A DNA stretch of 64,000 nt from Oscillospiraceae bacterium (GTDB lineage: Bacteria; Bacillota; Clostridia; Oscillospirales; Oscillospiraceae), in NCBI GenBank assembly GCA_017445875.1, contig JAFSRZ010000005.1, positions 5,251 through 69,250 on the forward strand, written 5' to 3'. Every line of letters starts with the position of its first letter. Positions within the stretch are counted from its first letter, which is position 1. The notes below the pieces were generated by a model that saw nothing but the letters and a program-made list of their open reading frames with translations, had not been told where the DNA came from and ran no database searches. The translations under genes were made by a program, and so were the position numbers. Positions 1 to 9,449 of this stretch are shown piece after piece.

Positions 1-1
1 T

Positions 2-118
2 TACCCGGTTGTACAGGCAATCGTCGTCATACTGGCCTTTTGGGTGGTGGCGTCGAATACGGCGGCGGACTTAATCAATGTCCGCATTGACCCGCGCCTC
101 GCCCTTCGGGATGAATAG
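2..118 (+). CDS. 3' end of peptide/nickel ABC permease (OppB/DppB type), partial
   Basis: Frame from base 2 reads YPVVQAIVVILAFWVVASNTAADLINVRIDPRLALRDE*, a typical OppB/DppB C-terminus (..DPR); lies just upstream of an OppC-type gene. Confidence 0.8.
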   Translation, partial: YPVVQAIVVILAFWVVASNTAADLINVRIDPRLALRDE

Positions 119-122
119 AGAA

Positions 123-929
123 ATGATGAAACGGAATTACTATCTTTGCGCCGGACTGGCTCTGACCGGCGTTTTGGCGGCGGTGACACTTGTCGGCTTC
201 TTCTGGACGCCCTACGACAGCGCCGCCATGAGCGCGGACAAATTTCTCCCGCCGTGCGCCGCACACATCTTCGGAACTGACAATTTCGGGCGCGATATCT
301 TCTCGCGTGTCATGGAGGGCGCGGGAACGTCGTTTATGATTGCGCTGTCCACGATTGTCATTGGGGCGTCGGGCGGAATCGTACTCGGCGCGGTGACTGG
401 CTATTTCGGCGGCCTCGCCGACGAAATCCTGATACGTGTCGGCGACGCTTTGACAGCGTTCCCCAGTATCTTACTCGCGCTGGTCGTGATTAGCTTACTT
501 GGCCCCGGCAAACCCGTCAATCTCGTGATATCGCTCGGACTGGTGTTTATCCCCGGTTTCGCCCGCGTGACACGTGCCGCGTACGCGGAGGCGCGGGAAA
601 TCAACTATGTAAAGAGTGTGCGCCTGATGGGCGCGTCCCACGCCCGGATAATGCTTGTCCACATCCTGCCGAATACCGCGCCCGTACTGCTCAGCGCCCT
701 GACAATCGGCTTTAACAACGCCGTCTTGGCGGAGGCGTCCATGAGTTACCTTGGAATCGGCGTGACGCCGCCCGACGCGTCCTTGGGCTACATGCTCTCG
801 GAGGCGCAAAGCGTATTCGGTCGCGCCCCGTGGTACGCGCTGTCGACGGGCGGCGTTATGATACTGTTTCTCTTCGGCGTGGGGCTTATCGGGGAGGGAC
901 TGCGCGTCCGGGAAGGAGAAATTTTATGA
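123..929 (+). CDS. Peptide/nickel ABC transporter permease (OppC/DppC type)
   Basis: HIFGTDNFGRDIFSR motif, EAA-like loop, multiple TM segments; start placed at ATG 123 after upstream stop. Confidence 0.9.
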   Translation: MMKRNYYLCAGLALTGVLAAVTLVGFFWTPYDSAAMSADKFLPPCAAHIFGTDNFGRDIFSRVMEGAGTSFMIALSTIVIGASGGIVLGAVTGYFGGLADEILIRVGDALTAFPSILLALVVISLLGPGKPVNLVISLGLVFIPGFARVTRAAYAEAREINYVKSVRLMGASHARIMLVHILPNTAPVLLSALTIGFNNAVLAEASMSYLGIGVTPPDASLGYMLSEAQSVFGRAPWYALSTGGVMILFLFGVGLIGEGLRVREGEIL

Positions 930-1729
930 ATGCTCCGCTGTTGACTATTGCGGATTTGCGCGTCCGGTTCCACAATCGTGACCATGACGCGGTGGCGGGG
1001 GTGTCGCTGTCCATCGGACAGGGGGAGATTGTCGGACTTGTGGGGGAATCCGGCTCCGGCAAGACCGTCACGGCGATGAGCGTCGCCGGACTGCTCCCCC
1101 GGAAACGTTGCGACTACTCCGGGACAATCCTGCTTGACGGCGTGGAACTGCTTCACGCTGACCGCCGTATTTTGCGCGGCATACAGGGACGGTCAATCGG
1201 CGTCGTGTTCCAAGACCCGCTAAGCTGTATGGACCCGTTAATGAAAGTCGGGGCGCAGGTCGAGGAGACGTTGTTATTGCACACGGACTTGTCGAAGGCG
1301 GAACGGCGTCAAATGGCGCTGGAAGCGTTAGCGGCGGTCGAACTCCCGAACCCGGAACGCGTTTATAACAGTTGGCCTCACGAGTTGTCGGGGGGCATGC
1401 GGCAACGGGCTTGTATCGCGGCGGCGGTGGTGATACGTCCGGCGCTGTTACTGTTGGACGAACCCACGACCGCGCTTGACGTGACAGTACAGGCGCAGAT
1501 TCTGGAACTCTTAAAGAAACTCAATCGTGAAAGCGGAATCTCCATGTTGTTTATCTCGCACAATTTAGGCGTTGTGCGGAAACTCTGCACGCGGGCGGCG
1601 GTCATGCAAAACGGCGTGATTGTCGAGGAGGGCGACACGGAACGCGTATTCCGGCACCCGCGCCACGCCTACACGCGCCGCCTCATTGACGCAATCCCGA
1701 CGCGGGACGGCAGAAGGGAGAGCGCATGA
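926..1729 (+). CDS. Peptide ABC transporter ATP-binding protein (OppD/DppD type)
   Basis: GESGSGKT Walker A, LSGGMRQR signature, [11 protein letters not shown]; SD GAAGGAG before ATG 926; ATGA overlap. Confidence 0.92.
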   Translation: MNAPLLTIADLRVRFHNRDHDAVAGVSLSIGQGEIVGLVGESGSGKTVTAMSVAGLLPRKRCDYSGTILLDGVELLHADRRILRGIQGRSIGVVFQDPLSCMDPLMKVGAQVEETLLLHTDLSKAERRQMALEALAAVELPNPERVYNSWPHELSGGMRQRACIAAAVVIRPALLLLDEPTTALDVTVQAQILELLKKLNRESGISMLFISHNLGVVRKLCTRAAVMQNGVIVEEGDTERVFRHPRHAYTRRLIDAIPTRDGRRESA

Positions 1730-2460
1730 ACACCGAACCCGTTTTGACACTCCGAAATGTCGTGGCGGGCTACCGGGAGGGCGGACTGTTCGGAAAGCGG
1801 ACGTTTCACGAAGTCCTGCACGATGTGTCCTTTGACGTGTACCGGAATGAGATATTGGGGCTTGTGGGGGAATCGGGTACCGGCAAGTCGACACTCGCCC
1901 GCGTGATACTGGGTTTAGTCAAGCCCGAACGGGGCGAAGTCGTACAGCGTACCGAATGTCCACAGATGATTTTTCAAGACCCGTACAGTTCCCTGAATCC
2001 GGCGTACCCGATATCGTGGATACTCGAAGAGCCGTTGCGCCTCGACGGCGTACGGGACATTCCCGAACGGCGGCGGCTTGTACGCGAAATGCTCTCACGT
2101 GTCGGACTGCCCGACGAGTGTCTGAACGCGAAGCCGTCGGAGTTGTCGGGCGGACAGCGGCAACGGGTATGTATCGCGGCGGCCCTGTTACGGCGTCCGC
2201 GCTTCCTGATTGCCGACGAGCCGGTGTCCGCGCTGGATGTCACGATACAGGCGCAGATATTGGCGCTCCTGAAATCGTTACGGGCGGAACTCGGATTAAG
2301 TTTCTTGTTCATCTCGCACGACTTGAACGTAGTGTATCAACTCTGCGACCGGGTTCTTGTCATGCAACAAGGGCGCGTCGTCGAACAGGGTTCAGTGGCG
2401 GACGTGTTCACGCGTCCGCGCCACGCCTATACCCGCGAACTGTTAGCCGCCGCAGAATAA
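1726..2460 (+). CDS. Peptide ABC transporter ATP-binding protein (OppF/DppF type)
   Basis: [26 protein letters not shown]. Confidence 0.92.
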   Translation: MNTEPVLTLRNVVAGYREGGLFGKRTFHEVLHDVSFDVYRNEILGLVGESGTGKSTLARVILGLVKPERGEVVQRTECPQMIFQDPYSSLNPAYPISWILEEPLRLDGVRDIPERRRLVREMLSRVGLPDECLNAKPSELSGGQRQRVCIAAALLRRPRFLIADEPVSALDVTIQAQILALLKSLRAELGLSFLFISHDLNVVYQLCDRVLVMQQGRVVEQGSVADVFTRPRHAYTRELLAAAE

Positions 2461-2465
2461 TAAAA

Positions 2466-2497
2466 AGCCGGACAGGGAAACGTTTCCTTGTCCGGCT
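2466..2497. terminator. Intrinsic terminator hairpin between convergent ABC operon and tsf
   Basis: AGCCGGACAGGGAAA / TTTCCTTGTCCGGCT stem with an A-run on the left flank. Confidence 0.75.
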
Positions 2498-2526
2498 GAA
2501 TATTTTTGACCTGTGCGGTTGATACA

Positions 2527-2593
2527 CTTTTCCGCCCCACCCGATGGCGGGGGAGGTGTCGCGTAGCGGCGGAGGGGGAACCTAACGCCCATG
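2527..2593 (+). repeat. Truncated right half of the IS4-like MITE / REP-like palindrome
   Basis: GGGGGAGGTGTCGCGTAGCGGCGGAGGGGGAACCTAACGCCCATG matches the right end of the elements at 18460-18676 and 33214-33427. Confidence 0.7.
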
Positions 2594-2611
2594 CGGAGAC
2601 AAGAGCGCGAA

Positions 2612-3538
2612 TCAGGAACCTTTCACGAGAGAGGCGATTTCCGCCGCGAAATTTTCCTCTTTCTTCTCAATGCCCTCGCCCTTCTCGAAGCGGACAGCGT
2701 TCTTGAAGGTGATGGTACCGCCTAATTTCTTGGCGGCGTCGGCGAGATACGCGCCTACCGTGCCGTCGAACACGTCTTTCCGCACAAACTCCTGTTGCAA
2801 CAGGCAGTTTTCGGCGTAGAACTTGTTCATTTTGCCCATGACGATTTTTTCCTTGACCTGTACGGGCTTTCCGGCCATTTTGGGGTCATTGTCCATTTGG
2901 GCAAGCATGATTTTCTTTTCCTCGGCGAGTACGGCGTCGGAGACCTGCGACTTGTCCCAGAAGCGCGGATTCAGCGCCGCGATTTGCATGGCGGCGTCCT
3001 TGCCGGCGGTCTGGATTTTGTCGGCGGGGAGGTCGGTTTCAAAGTTGACGAGTACGCCGATTTTGCCGCCCATGTGGACGTAGGACACCGACACGCCGCC
3101 CTCAAAGCGCGTAAAGCGCCGCACTTTGATATTTTCGCCGATAACCAGCACCATTTCCTGTTGCTGCTGCAACACAGTTTTGTCAGTGCCGTTATACTTG
3201 GCGTTCATGAGCGCGTCGAGGTCGGCGGGGTTCTCCTTGGCGACAGTCGCCGCCACGCCCTTGACAAAGTCGACGAACTTTTCATTCTTGCCGACAAAGT
3301 CCGTTTCGGCGTTGACTTCCACCACGACGCCCACGCCGTCAATGACCGCCGCGTAGGCCATGCCCTCGGCGGCGATACGTCCGGCCTTCTTGGCGGACGC
3401 CGCCATACCCTTTTCACGGAGCCATTCGACGGCCTTGTCCATGTCGCCGTCCGTGGCGGAAAGCGCCTTTTTGCAATCCATCATCCCCACGCCGGTCATT
3501 TCGCGCAGGGTCTTTACATCTGCCGCTGTGAATGCCAT
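2612..3538 (-). CDS. tsf: Translation elongation factor Ts
   Basis: LREMTGVGMMDCKKAL, VEVNAETDFV; downstream of rpsB. Confidence 0.98.
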   Translation of the reverse strand: MAFTAADVKTLREMTGVGMMDCKKALSATDGDMDKAVEWLREKGMAASAKKAGRIAAEGMAYAAVIDGVGVVVEVNAETDFVGKNEKFVDFVKGVAATVAKENPADLDALMNAKYNGTDKTVLQQQQEMVLVIGENIKVRRFTRFEGGVSVSYVHMGGKIGVLVNFETDLPADKIQTAGKDAAMQIAALNPRFWDKSQVSDAVLAEEKKIMLAQMDNDPKMAGKPVQVKEKIVMGKMNKFYAENCLLQQEFVRKDVFDGTVGAYLADAAKKLGGTITFKNAVRFEKGEGIEKKEENFAAEIASLVKGS

Positions 3539-3561
3539 AATTGTTACTCCTTATCGTATTG

Positions 3562-4323
3562 TCACGCTTCCGCGCTCTCGACGGGTTCCGCCGCTTCCGA
3601 TACCATTTCGGGGGCGGCTTCCTCGGTCTGTTCGCCCTGACGGCCTTCCAGCATGGCATTCGCCATAATGGAGGAAATCAGCTTAATGGCGCGGATTGCG
3701 TCGTCATTGCCGGGGATTACATAGTCAATTTCGTCGGGGTCACAGTTAGTGTCGGCGATAGCCACGACGGGGATATGGAGCTTGTGCGCCTCGGCAATGG
3801 CGTTGCGTTCCTTGCGGGTGTCGACGATGAACAGCGCACCGGGAAGCGTTTTCATGTCCTTGACGCCGCCCAGATACTTTTCGAGTTTGGCAATCTCGCC
3901 CAGATGTTTCATGACTTCCTTTTTCGGAAGCATGTCGAACGTGCCGTCCTCCTGCATGCGCTTTAACTGGTTGAGACGGTCGACACGCGTCCGCATCGTC
4001 TTAAAGTTGGTCATCATGCCGCCGAGCCAGCGGGCGTTGACGTAATACTGACCACAGCGGGCGGCCTCCTCGCGGATGGCGTCCTGAGCCTGCTTCTTGG
4101 TGCCGACAAACAACAGGGACTGTCCGCTTTCCGACAGCTCGCGGACAAAATTGTAGGCCTCTTCGAGCTTGCGGACGGTCTTTTGCAGGTCGACAATATA
4201 AATGCCGTTGCGCTCCGTGTAGATATAGGGAGCCATTTTAGGGTTCCAGCGGCGGGTCTGGTGTCCGAAATGGACGCCCGCTTCGAGCAGGGACTTCATG
4301 GAGACAATGCTGGAATTTGCCAT
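3562..4323 (-). CDS. rpsB: 30S ribosomal protein S2
   Basis: [36 protein letters not shown]. Confidence 0.99.
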   Translation of the reverse strand: MANSSIVSMKSLLEAGVHFGHQTRRWNPKMAPYIYTERNGIYIVDLQKTVRKLEEAYNFVRELSESGQSLLFVGTKKQAQDAIREEAARCGQYYVNARWLGGMMTNFKTMRTRVDRLNQLKRMQEDGTFDMLPKKEVMKHLGEIAKLEKYLGGVKDMKTLPGALFIVDTRKERNAIAEAHKLHIPVVAIADTNCDPDEIDYVIPGNDDAIRAIKLISSIMANAMLEGRQGEQTEEAAPEMVSEAAEPVESAEA

Positions 4324-4354
4324 GTGTGATTCCTCCTGAAATGATTTCGTTGTA

Positions 4355-4419
4355 CCTCCGGCGGCCTCGTCCTGTCGGCTGACGGGGTTCGCACGAACCG
4401 GCAGTCCGCCGCCGTGTGG
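4355..4419 (-). promoter_or_regulatory. Probable rpsB (S2) autoregulatory leader RNA
   Basis: Minus strand CACACGGCGGCGG...CCGCCGGAGG pairing between promoter and rpsB RBS; resembles known rpsB leaders (from memory). Confidence 0.55.
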
Positions 4420-4431
4420 GATAACTTGTAA

Positions 4432-4460
4432 ACTTTAACACGTCCGCCGGGTTCTGTCAA
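4432..4460 (-). promoter_or_regulatory. Sigma-A type promoter for rpsB-tsf
   Basis: TTGACA-17bp-TAAAGT on minus strand with upstream A-tract. Confidence 0.7.
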
Positions 4461-4508
4461 GCGTTTTTTTTCTACGGGTCGGCGCGTGTGTTGCGGACAG
4501 GTACTCTT

Positions 4509-4571
4509 GTCGCCATAAGGCGACAGAGGGGGCAAGCCTCCCGCCCGGTACATATCGCCGCAAGGCGACAG
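4509..4571. repeat. REP-like GC-rich hairpins
   Basis: TGTCGCCATAAGGCGACAGAGGGGG and TCGCCGCAAGGCGACAG; same hairpin recurs near 9417-9441. Confidence 0.6.
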
Positions 4572-4576
4572 TATAA

Positions 4577-4677
4577 GGACTTGCAGAAAAACAAATGATT
4601 CAGCTTCCTACCTTGATTCCGCCTTATTGCGGGCGTTCAGAGGCTACCGAGCGCAAAGATTATTTATTTGCAAGTCC
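4577..4677. mobile_element. 101-bp MITE with IS5-family-like ends
   Basis: Terminal inverted repeats GGACTTGCAGAAAAA / TTATTTGCAAGTCC, TAA direct repeat on both sides (4574-4576, 4678-4680), AT-rich interior, no transposase. Confidence 0.7.
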
Positions 4678-4688
4678 TAAAGCGCGGT

Positions 4689-6200
4689 TCAAGTATCGCG
4701 CACGGCGCGGACAATCTTTTCCCGTAACTGCCGCTTCCGGTCGTCGAACAGCAGTTCCCGGTTGTGCCGGAAATAGGCGTCACACCCGAAATTTTCCACG
4801 TACCAAGACAAATAAAACCCCGACGTGATTTCCGTCACAAATAATACCAATTCCTGCGCCTCCCCGACGGCCTCTTCCAAGAACCGGAAAGCGTTGTCGA
4901 ACTGTTTCCCGGTCTCGTTGGCGAACTGTTCGCGGCGCGTGACTTCCTCCCCGAACCACGCCCGCACAGTGTCCATCACCGCGTCACGGTTCGGGAACGC
5001 GCCGCCCCGGATACGTGTCCGGTAATCGTCCAAAGCGCCGATTTCCCGTTGTAAGGCGTCCCGGTGTTCGGGGTCGAGGTGTCCGGCCTCCCGCGCCTGA
5101 CGCAATTTGTTGCGGCGGCGCTGTGACAACGCCTCCAAAATCGCGTCCGGCTCCTCTGCCGGGAGACGTTCCCGGAACTCCGTCAAGGCCGTGTGCAGTG
5201 CCAACGTGAAACCGTCCTGACGCCATACGGCTTTCGCGCTGTCCGTCAGCCGCGACAGCAACAGTCCCATGACGGACAGTTTCTCATCGAAAGGCGCGTC
5301 CCGCAGTTCGGAGACTGTCACGGGTTGCCAATGTCCCTGTAACACTTCCTCCACGCGGTAACTCTTGCGGTACTTGTTGTAGAGTTCCAGATAGTTGGCA
5401 AAGTCCCGCGCAATGCGGGGGAGTTGGATGTACTCGCCGATTGTATCGCGCCCGACTTTGACGCCGATTTTCTCGCAGACGGTCAGTAATTCGCTCAAAT
5501 CCTCCCAGCCCCGCGCCGTGGCAAACTCGATACCGTCCACAGTGGTTTCGACGCCGTAGAAGTTCTCCCGGCGGATATCCAGATAAGACACGACAGCGCC
5601 GTGTAAGCCTTTCCGCGTCGCGTACTCCTTCCAGACGCCGAAATCCTCCCGGACATCAATTTTCCGTACGCGGTCGAGCGTCACAACGTCAAATTCCCGG
5701 ACGGAACGGTTATATTCCGGCGGATTTCCCGCCGCCACAATCATCCAGCCGTCGGGCAGACGCTGATTTCCAAATGTCTTGCACTGTAGAAACTGTAACA
5801 TCATGGGGGCAAGCGTTTCGGACACGCAGTTGATTTCGTCCAGAAACAGGATACCCTCCCGGATTCCGGTTTTCTCCATGAGGTCATGCACGGAAGCTAA
5901 AATTTCGCTCATCGTGTATTCCGTGACGGAATACTCGTCGCCGTCATAGACACGTTTCGAGATAAACGGCAGTCCCATAGCGCTTTGCCGGGTGTGGTGC
6001 GTGATGGTGTACGACACCAGCCCGACGCCCGATTCCGCCGCGATTTGCGCCATAATCTGTGTTTTGCCGATACCCGGCGGCCCCATTAACAATATCGGGC
6101 GTTGCCGTATGGACGGAATCAGGTAATTGCCCAGTTCGTCACGGGTCAGGTAAGCGCGTAAGGCGTCGGAAATCTCCTGTTTTGCCTGTTTAATGTTCAT
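4689..6200 (-). CDS. MoxR-like AAA+ ATPase (AAA_5 type)
   Basis: GPPGIGKT Walker A, ILFLDEIN Walker B, IVAAGNP sensor motif, C-terminal helical extension. Confidence 0.85.
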   Translation of the reverse strand: MNIKQAKQEISDALRAYLTRDELGNYLIPSIRQRPILLMGPPGIGKTQIMAQIAAESGVGLVSYTITHHTRQSAMGLPFISKRVYDGDEYSVTEYTMSEILASVHDLMEKTGIREGILFLDEINCVSETLAPMMLQFLQCKTFGNQRLPDGWMIVAAGNPPEYNRSVREFDVVTLDRVRKIDVREDFGVWKEYATRKGLHGAVVSYLDIRRENFYGVETTVDGIEFATARGWEDLSELLTVCEKIGVKVGRDTIGEYIQLPRIARDFANYLELYNKYRKSYRVEEVLQGHWQPVTVSELRDAPFDEKLSVMGLLLSRLTDSAKAVWRQDGFTLALHTALTEFRERLPAEEPDAILEALSQRRRNKLRQAREAGHLDPEHRDALQREIGALDDYRTRIRGGAFPNRDAVMDTVRAWFGEEVTRREQFANETGKQFDNAFRFLEEAVGEAQELVLFVTEITSGFYLSWYVENFGCDAYFRHNRELLFDDRKRQLREKIVRAVRDT

Positions 6201-6209
6201 GAAAGTTCC

Positions 6210-8372
6210 TCATTGCGCCTTGGCCTGTTTAATGGAAAGGCTGATACGCTTCTTTTTCTCGTCCACGTCCAGCACGACAACCTGTACCACGTCGCCGACG
6301 CGGAGCGCCTCCGACGGGTGTTTCAGATAACGGTCGGCAATCTGCGAAATGTGTACAAGTCCGTCCTGATGTACGCCGATGTCGACGAACGCGCCGAAGT
6401 CGATGACGTTCCGCACGGTGCCGGACAGTTTCATACCCGGTTTCAGGTCGGAAATGTCCATGACATCCGTTCTCAAAATCGGTTTCGGCAGACTGTCGCG
6501 CACGTCGCGCCCCGGTTTCATCAACTCTCCGATAACGTCCGAGAGCGTGGGAACACCGACACCGGTTTCCCGTGCGGCCTTCTCCATGCCGTAGGCCTCG
6601 ACTTTCTTCCGCAAGTCGCCCAGACGCCCCGCTTTCACGTCCTCATCCGTGTTGCCCATTAGCCGAAGCAGTTTCTCCGCCGCGTCGTACGATTCCGGGT
6701 GTACGGCGGTGTTGTCGAGTACGTTCTTACTCTCCGGGACACGCAGAAAGCCCGCGCACTGTTGATACGCTTTCGGCCCCAGTTTCGGGACTTTCAACAG
6801 TTGCGCCCGTTTCGTGAACGCGCCGTTCTCCTCGCGGTAGGCAACAATATTTTTCGCGGTCGCGGCGGTCAGGCCGGAAACACGCTTTAAGAGTGACGCC
6901 GAAGCGGTATTCAAGTCCACGCCAACGGCGTTGACACAATCTTCTACTACAGCGTCCAGCGCGGCTTCCAACTGTTTCGGCGGGCAGTCGTGTTGATACT
7001 GTCCGACACCGATTGCTTTTGGCTCGATTTTGACCAGTTCCGCTAACGGGTCTTGCAGGCGTCGCGCAATCGACACCGCCGAACGGAGATTTACATCGTA
7101 TTGCGGGAACTCCTCCGCCGCCAACTTGCTTGCCGAGTACACCGACGCCCCCGCCTCCGATACCATCATGTAACTAAGTCCGGCGTCGGGATTGCGGCGT
7201 ATCATCTCGACGGCCATTTGTTCGGTCTCACGGCTCGCGGTGCCGTTGCCGATTGCCAAGTGTTCGACGTGGTGCTTGCGTACCAGTGCCGACAGTTTCG
7301 TGATTGCCTCCTCTTTCTGACGCTCTCCGAATGTCGGATAGACTACGGCGGTGTCCAATACTTTCCCGGTGCCGTCCACGACCGCGACTTTGCACCCGTT
7401 TCTGTAACCGGGGTCAAGCCCCATCGTGACTTTCCCCTTGACGGGCGGCTGCATGAGCAACGGACGCAGATTCAACGCGAATTGCCCGATTGCGCCGTCA
7501 TAGGCGGTATCCGACAGCCCCGAACGGGTTTCGCGTTCCACGGACGGGAAAATCAAACGGTCGTAGGCGTCGAGTGCCGCGCCCTTGACAAAGTCCGTGG
7601 ACGGCGTACCCGGTACCGCCGACGCACGGTAGACTGTCTGCATGGCGGTGTCGTGGTTCATGTCGACGGTGACTTTCAGGAACTTTTCCTTTTCGCCGCG
7701 ATTTAACGCTAAAATCTGATAGCCCTGTAAGCGGTTCAAGGGTTGCGTGAAATCGTAATACGTCCGGTATACGGAATCCTCGTCGGTGGCGGCCTCCGCG
7801 TGTACAGTCGCCGTACGGCTGACCAGTGAGCGGAGCGATTTCCGGAGTTCGGGGTCGTCGCTGATTTTCTCCGCGATAATGTCCGACGCGCCCGCTAAAG
7901 CGTCCTCAATGGTCTCCACGCCCTTTTCGGGGTCGATGTACGCCGCCGCCGCTTCTTCCGGCTTGGGGCCGTCGCGCTTCTGGGCAAACAGAATTTCCGA
8001 CAACGGTTCCAGCCCCTTTTCTTTCGCCACGGTGGCGCGGGTACGGCGCTTCGGCTTGTAGGGGCGGTACAAGTCCTCCAACTCCGCCAGCGTTTTCGCG
8101 TCCGCGATTGCCGCCGACAGTTCGTCCGTGAGCTTGCCCTGTTCCTCAATGGCCTTGAGAATCGTTTCCCGGCGCTCTTGCAGGCCGCGCAGGTACGCCA
8201 GACGCGTTTCGAGTGTACGGAGCGCGGTATCGTCCATAGCGCCGTGCAACTCCTTCCGGTAGCGGGCTATAAACGGAATCGTGTTGCCCTCGTCCAGAAG
8301 CTGGATGACGTTTGTGATTTGCTGTTCATCCCGTCCGAGTTCGGCGGACAGGATAGAAACAATGGAATCCAT
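6210..8372 (-). CDS. tex: Tex family transcription accessory protein (YqgF-like, HhH and S1 domains)
   Basis: LLDEGNTIPFIARYRKE, GLDPGYRNGCK, EAGASVYSAS, C-terminal S1 FGAFVDIG. Confidence 0.96.
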   Translation of the reverse strand: MDSIVSILSAELGRDEQQITNVIQLLDEGNTIPFIARYRKELHGAMDDTALRTLETRLAYLRGLQERRETILKAIEEQGKLTDELSAAIADAKTLAELEDLYRPYKPKRRTRATVAKEKGLEPLSEILFAQKRDGPKPEEAAAAYIDPEKGVETIEDALAGASDIIAEKISDDPELRKSLRSLVSRTATVHAEAATDEDSVYRTYYDFTQPLNRLQGYQILALNRGEKEKFLKVTVDMNHDTAMQTVYRASAVPGTPSTDFVKGAALDAYDRLIFPSVERETRSGLSDTAYDGAIGQFALNLRPLLMQPPVKGKVTMGLDPGYRNGCKVAVVDGTGKVLDTAVVYPTFGERQKEEAITKLSALVRKHHVEHLAIGNGTASRETEQMAVEMIRRNPDAGLSYMMVSEAGASVYSASKLAAEEFPQYDVNLRSAVSIARRLQDPLAELVKIEPKAIGVGQYQHDCPPKQLEAALDAVVEDCVNAVGVDLNTASASLLKRVSGLTAATAKNIVAYREENGAFTKRAQLLKVPKLGPKAYQQCAGFLRVPESKNVLDNTAVHPESYDAAEKLLRLMGNTDEDVKAGRLGDLRKKVEAYGMEKAARETGVGVPTLSDVIGELMKPGRDVRDSLPKPILRTDVMDISDLKPGMKLSGTVRNVIDFGAFVDIGVHQDGLVHISQIADRYLKHPSEALRVGDVVQVVVLDVDEKKKRISLSIKQAKAQ

Positions 8373-8468
8373 GTTGATACTCTCCTTTAGTTTCGCGGGA
8401 GACTATCCCTCCCGATAGATTAGAGGTGTACGCCCGTTTCTTTGCCCACGTCATAAGAAACGCCGGCT

Positions 8469-9272
8469 TTAACCCCACTCACAAATAAGGCCTATATATT
8501 CTGTTGAAAAGAAATCTGCCTCATTAGGAAATATATTGTCTATGGTAATATCATTCCAGTAGTATGCTTGACTTCCATTGACATGAGGGTTTGGTTCCCT
8601 GTAAATTTGTAAATAGTGCTCTACCTCATAACCGTTATCAGGCATATATACATCCCAGTTGGTATAATCCCAGTTTTCGCCAGTTACCCACTCCCATTGA
8701 CCCTCTACAAGTTCATCTGTGGCACCCAGCCAATATTGAAATTTGGTTTCGCCGCTGATAATACTTGCAATATGGTCTTGTTCCTCCTGAGACGTAATGA
8801 CTGCTAAATAGCCTCCTAACGATTCACAGAACGCCTTTGCTTCTGTCCACGTCATAGACTTGTCATATACTTTGTATGCGTGACCGTTAAAGTAAACAGT
8901 GCCATCAGGAAGGGGTTGAGAATATAATGTGCTTGTGTATTTATCGCAAAGAGGCGCGGAAGTTTCCGAATCCAGCAGGAACGCCGAGACAATGTAAAAA
9001 TCAGGCATTGTCCCGGAAAGACTGATGAGCGCCATTTTCCTGTTAGGCGTCACTTCTTTTGACCCGACAGCGGTCATTTGACTGGTCTGTTTATCGTAGA
9101 CGGCGACAACCAGACAGGCCTTGTCGGCGCAGAAATACGTAACTTGCACCAATGAACCGTCCATGACAATCCCGCTGACGCCGTATCCGTCAGCGTCCGC
9201 CGCCGAGGATACCGGAATCAGTGTCAAGACAAGGCAGAAGCACAGTACAAAACTCCAACAGCGTTTCAGCAT
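8469..9272 (-). CDS. Secreted C-type lectin domain protein
   Basis: Signal peptide after GGAGG SD; FNGHAYK..MTWTEAKAFCESLGGYLAVITSQEEQ..YWLG..WND..ICEW is a CTLD pattern; 3' half markedly AT-rich. Confidence 0.85.
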   Translation of the reverse strand: MLKRCWSFVLCFCLVLTLIPVSSAADADGYGVSGIVMDGSLVQVTYFCADKACLVVAVYDKQTSQMTAVGSKEVTPNRKMALISLSGTMPDFYIVSAFLLDSETSAPLCDKYTSTLYSQPLPDGTVYFNGHAYKVYDKSMTWTEAKAFCESLGGYLAVITSQEEQDHIASIISGETKFQYWLGATDELVEGQWEWVTGENWDYTNWDVYMPDNGYEVEHYLQIYREPNPHVNGSQAYYWNDITIDNIFPNEADFFSTEYIGLICEWG

Positions 9273-9282
9273 AATGAAAACC

Positions 9283-9446
9283 TCCAAAATTGCCCCCACC
9301 CGGCGCTGACGCGCCACCCTCCCACAAAGGGGGAGGGCAAGCGGACATTGTTCCGTGTAGAGAGCGGCTTGTGTGTTGCGGGACAGTTCCCTTGTCGCCC
9401 CCCTTTTGGGGGAGATGTCGCCGTAAGGCGACAGAGGGGGGAGGAA
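9283..9446. repeat. REP-like composite palindrome related to the MITE interior
   Basis: CCAAAATTGCCCCCACCCGGCGCTGACGCGCCACCCTCCC matches 18489-18528; second hairpin GGGGGAGATGTCGCCGTAAGGCGACAGAGGGGGG; no TIRs seen. Confidence 0.7.
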
Positions 9447-9449
9447 CCG

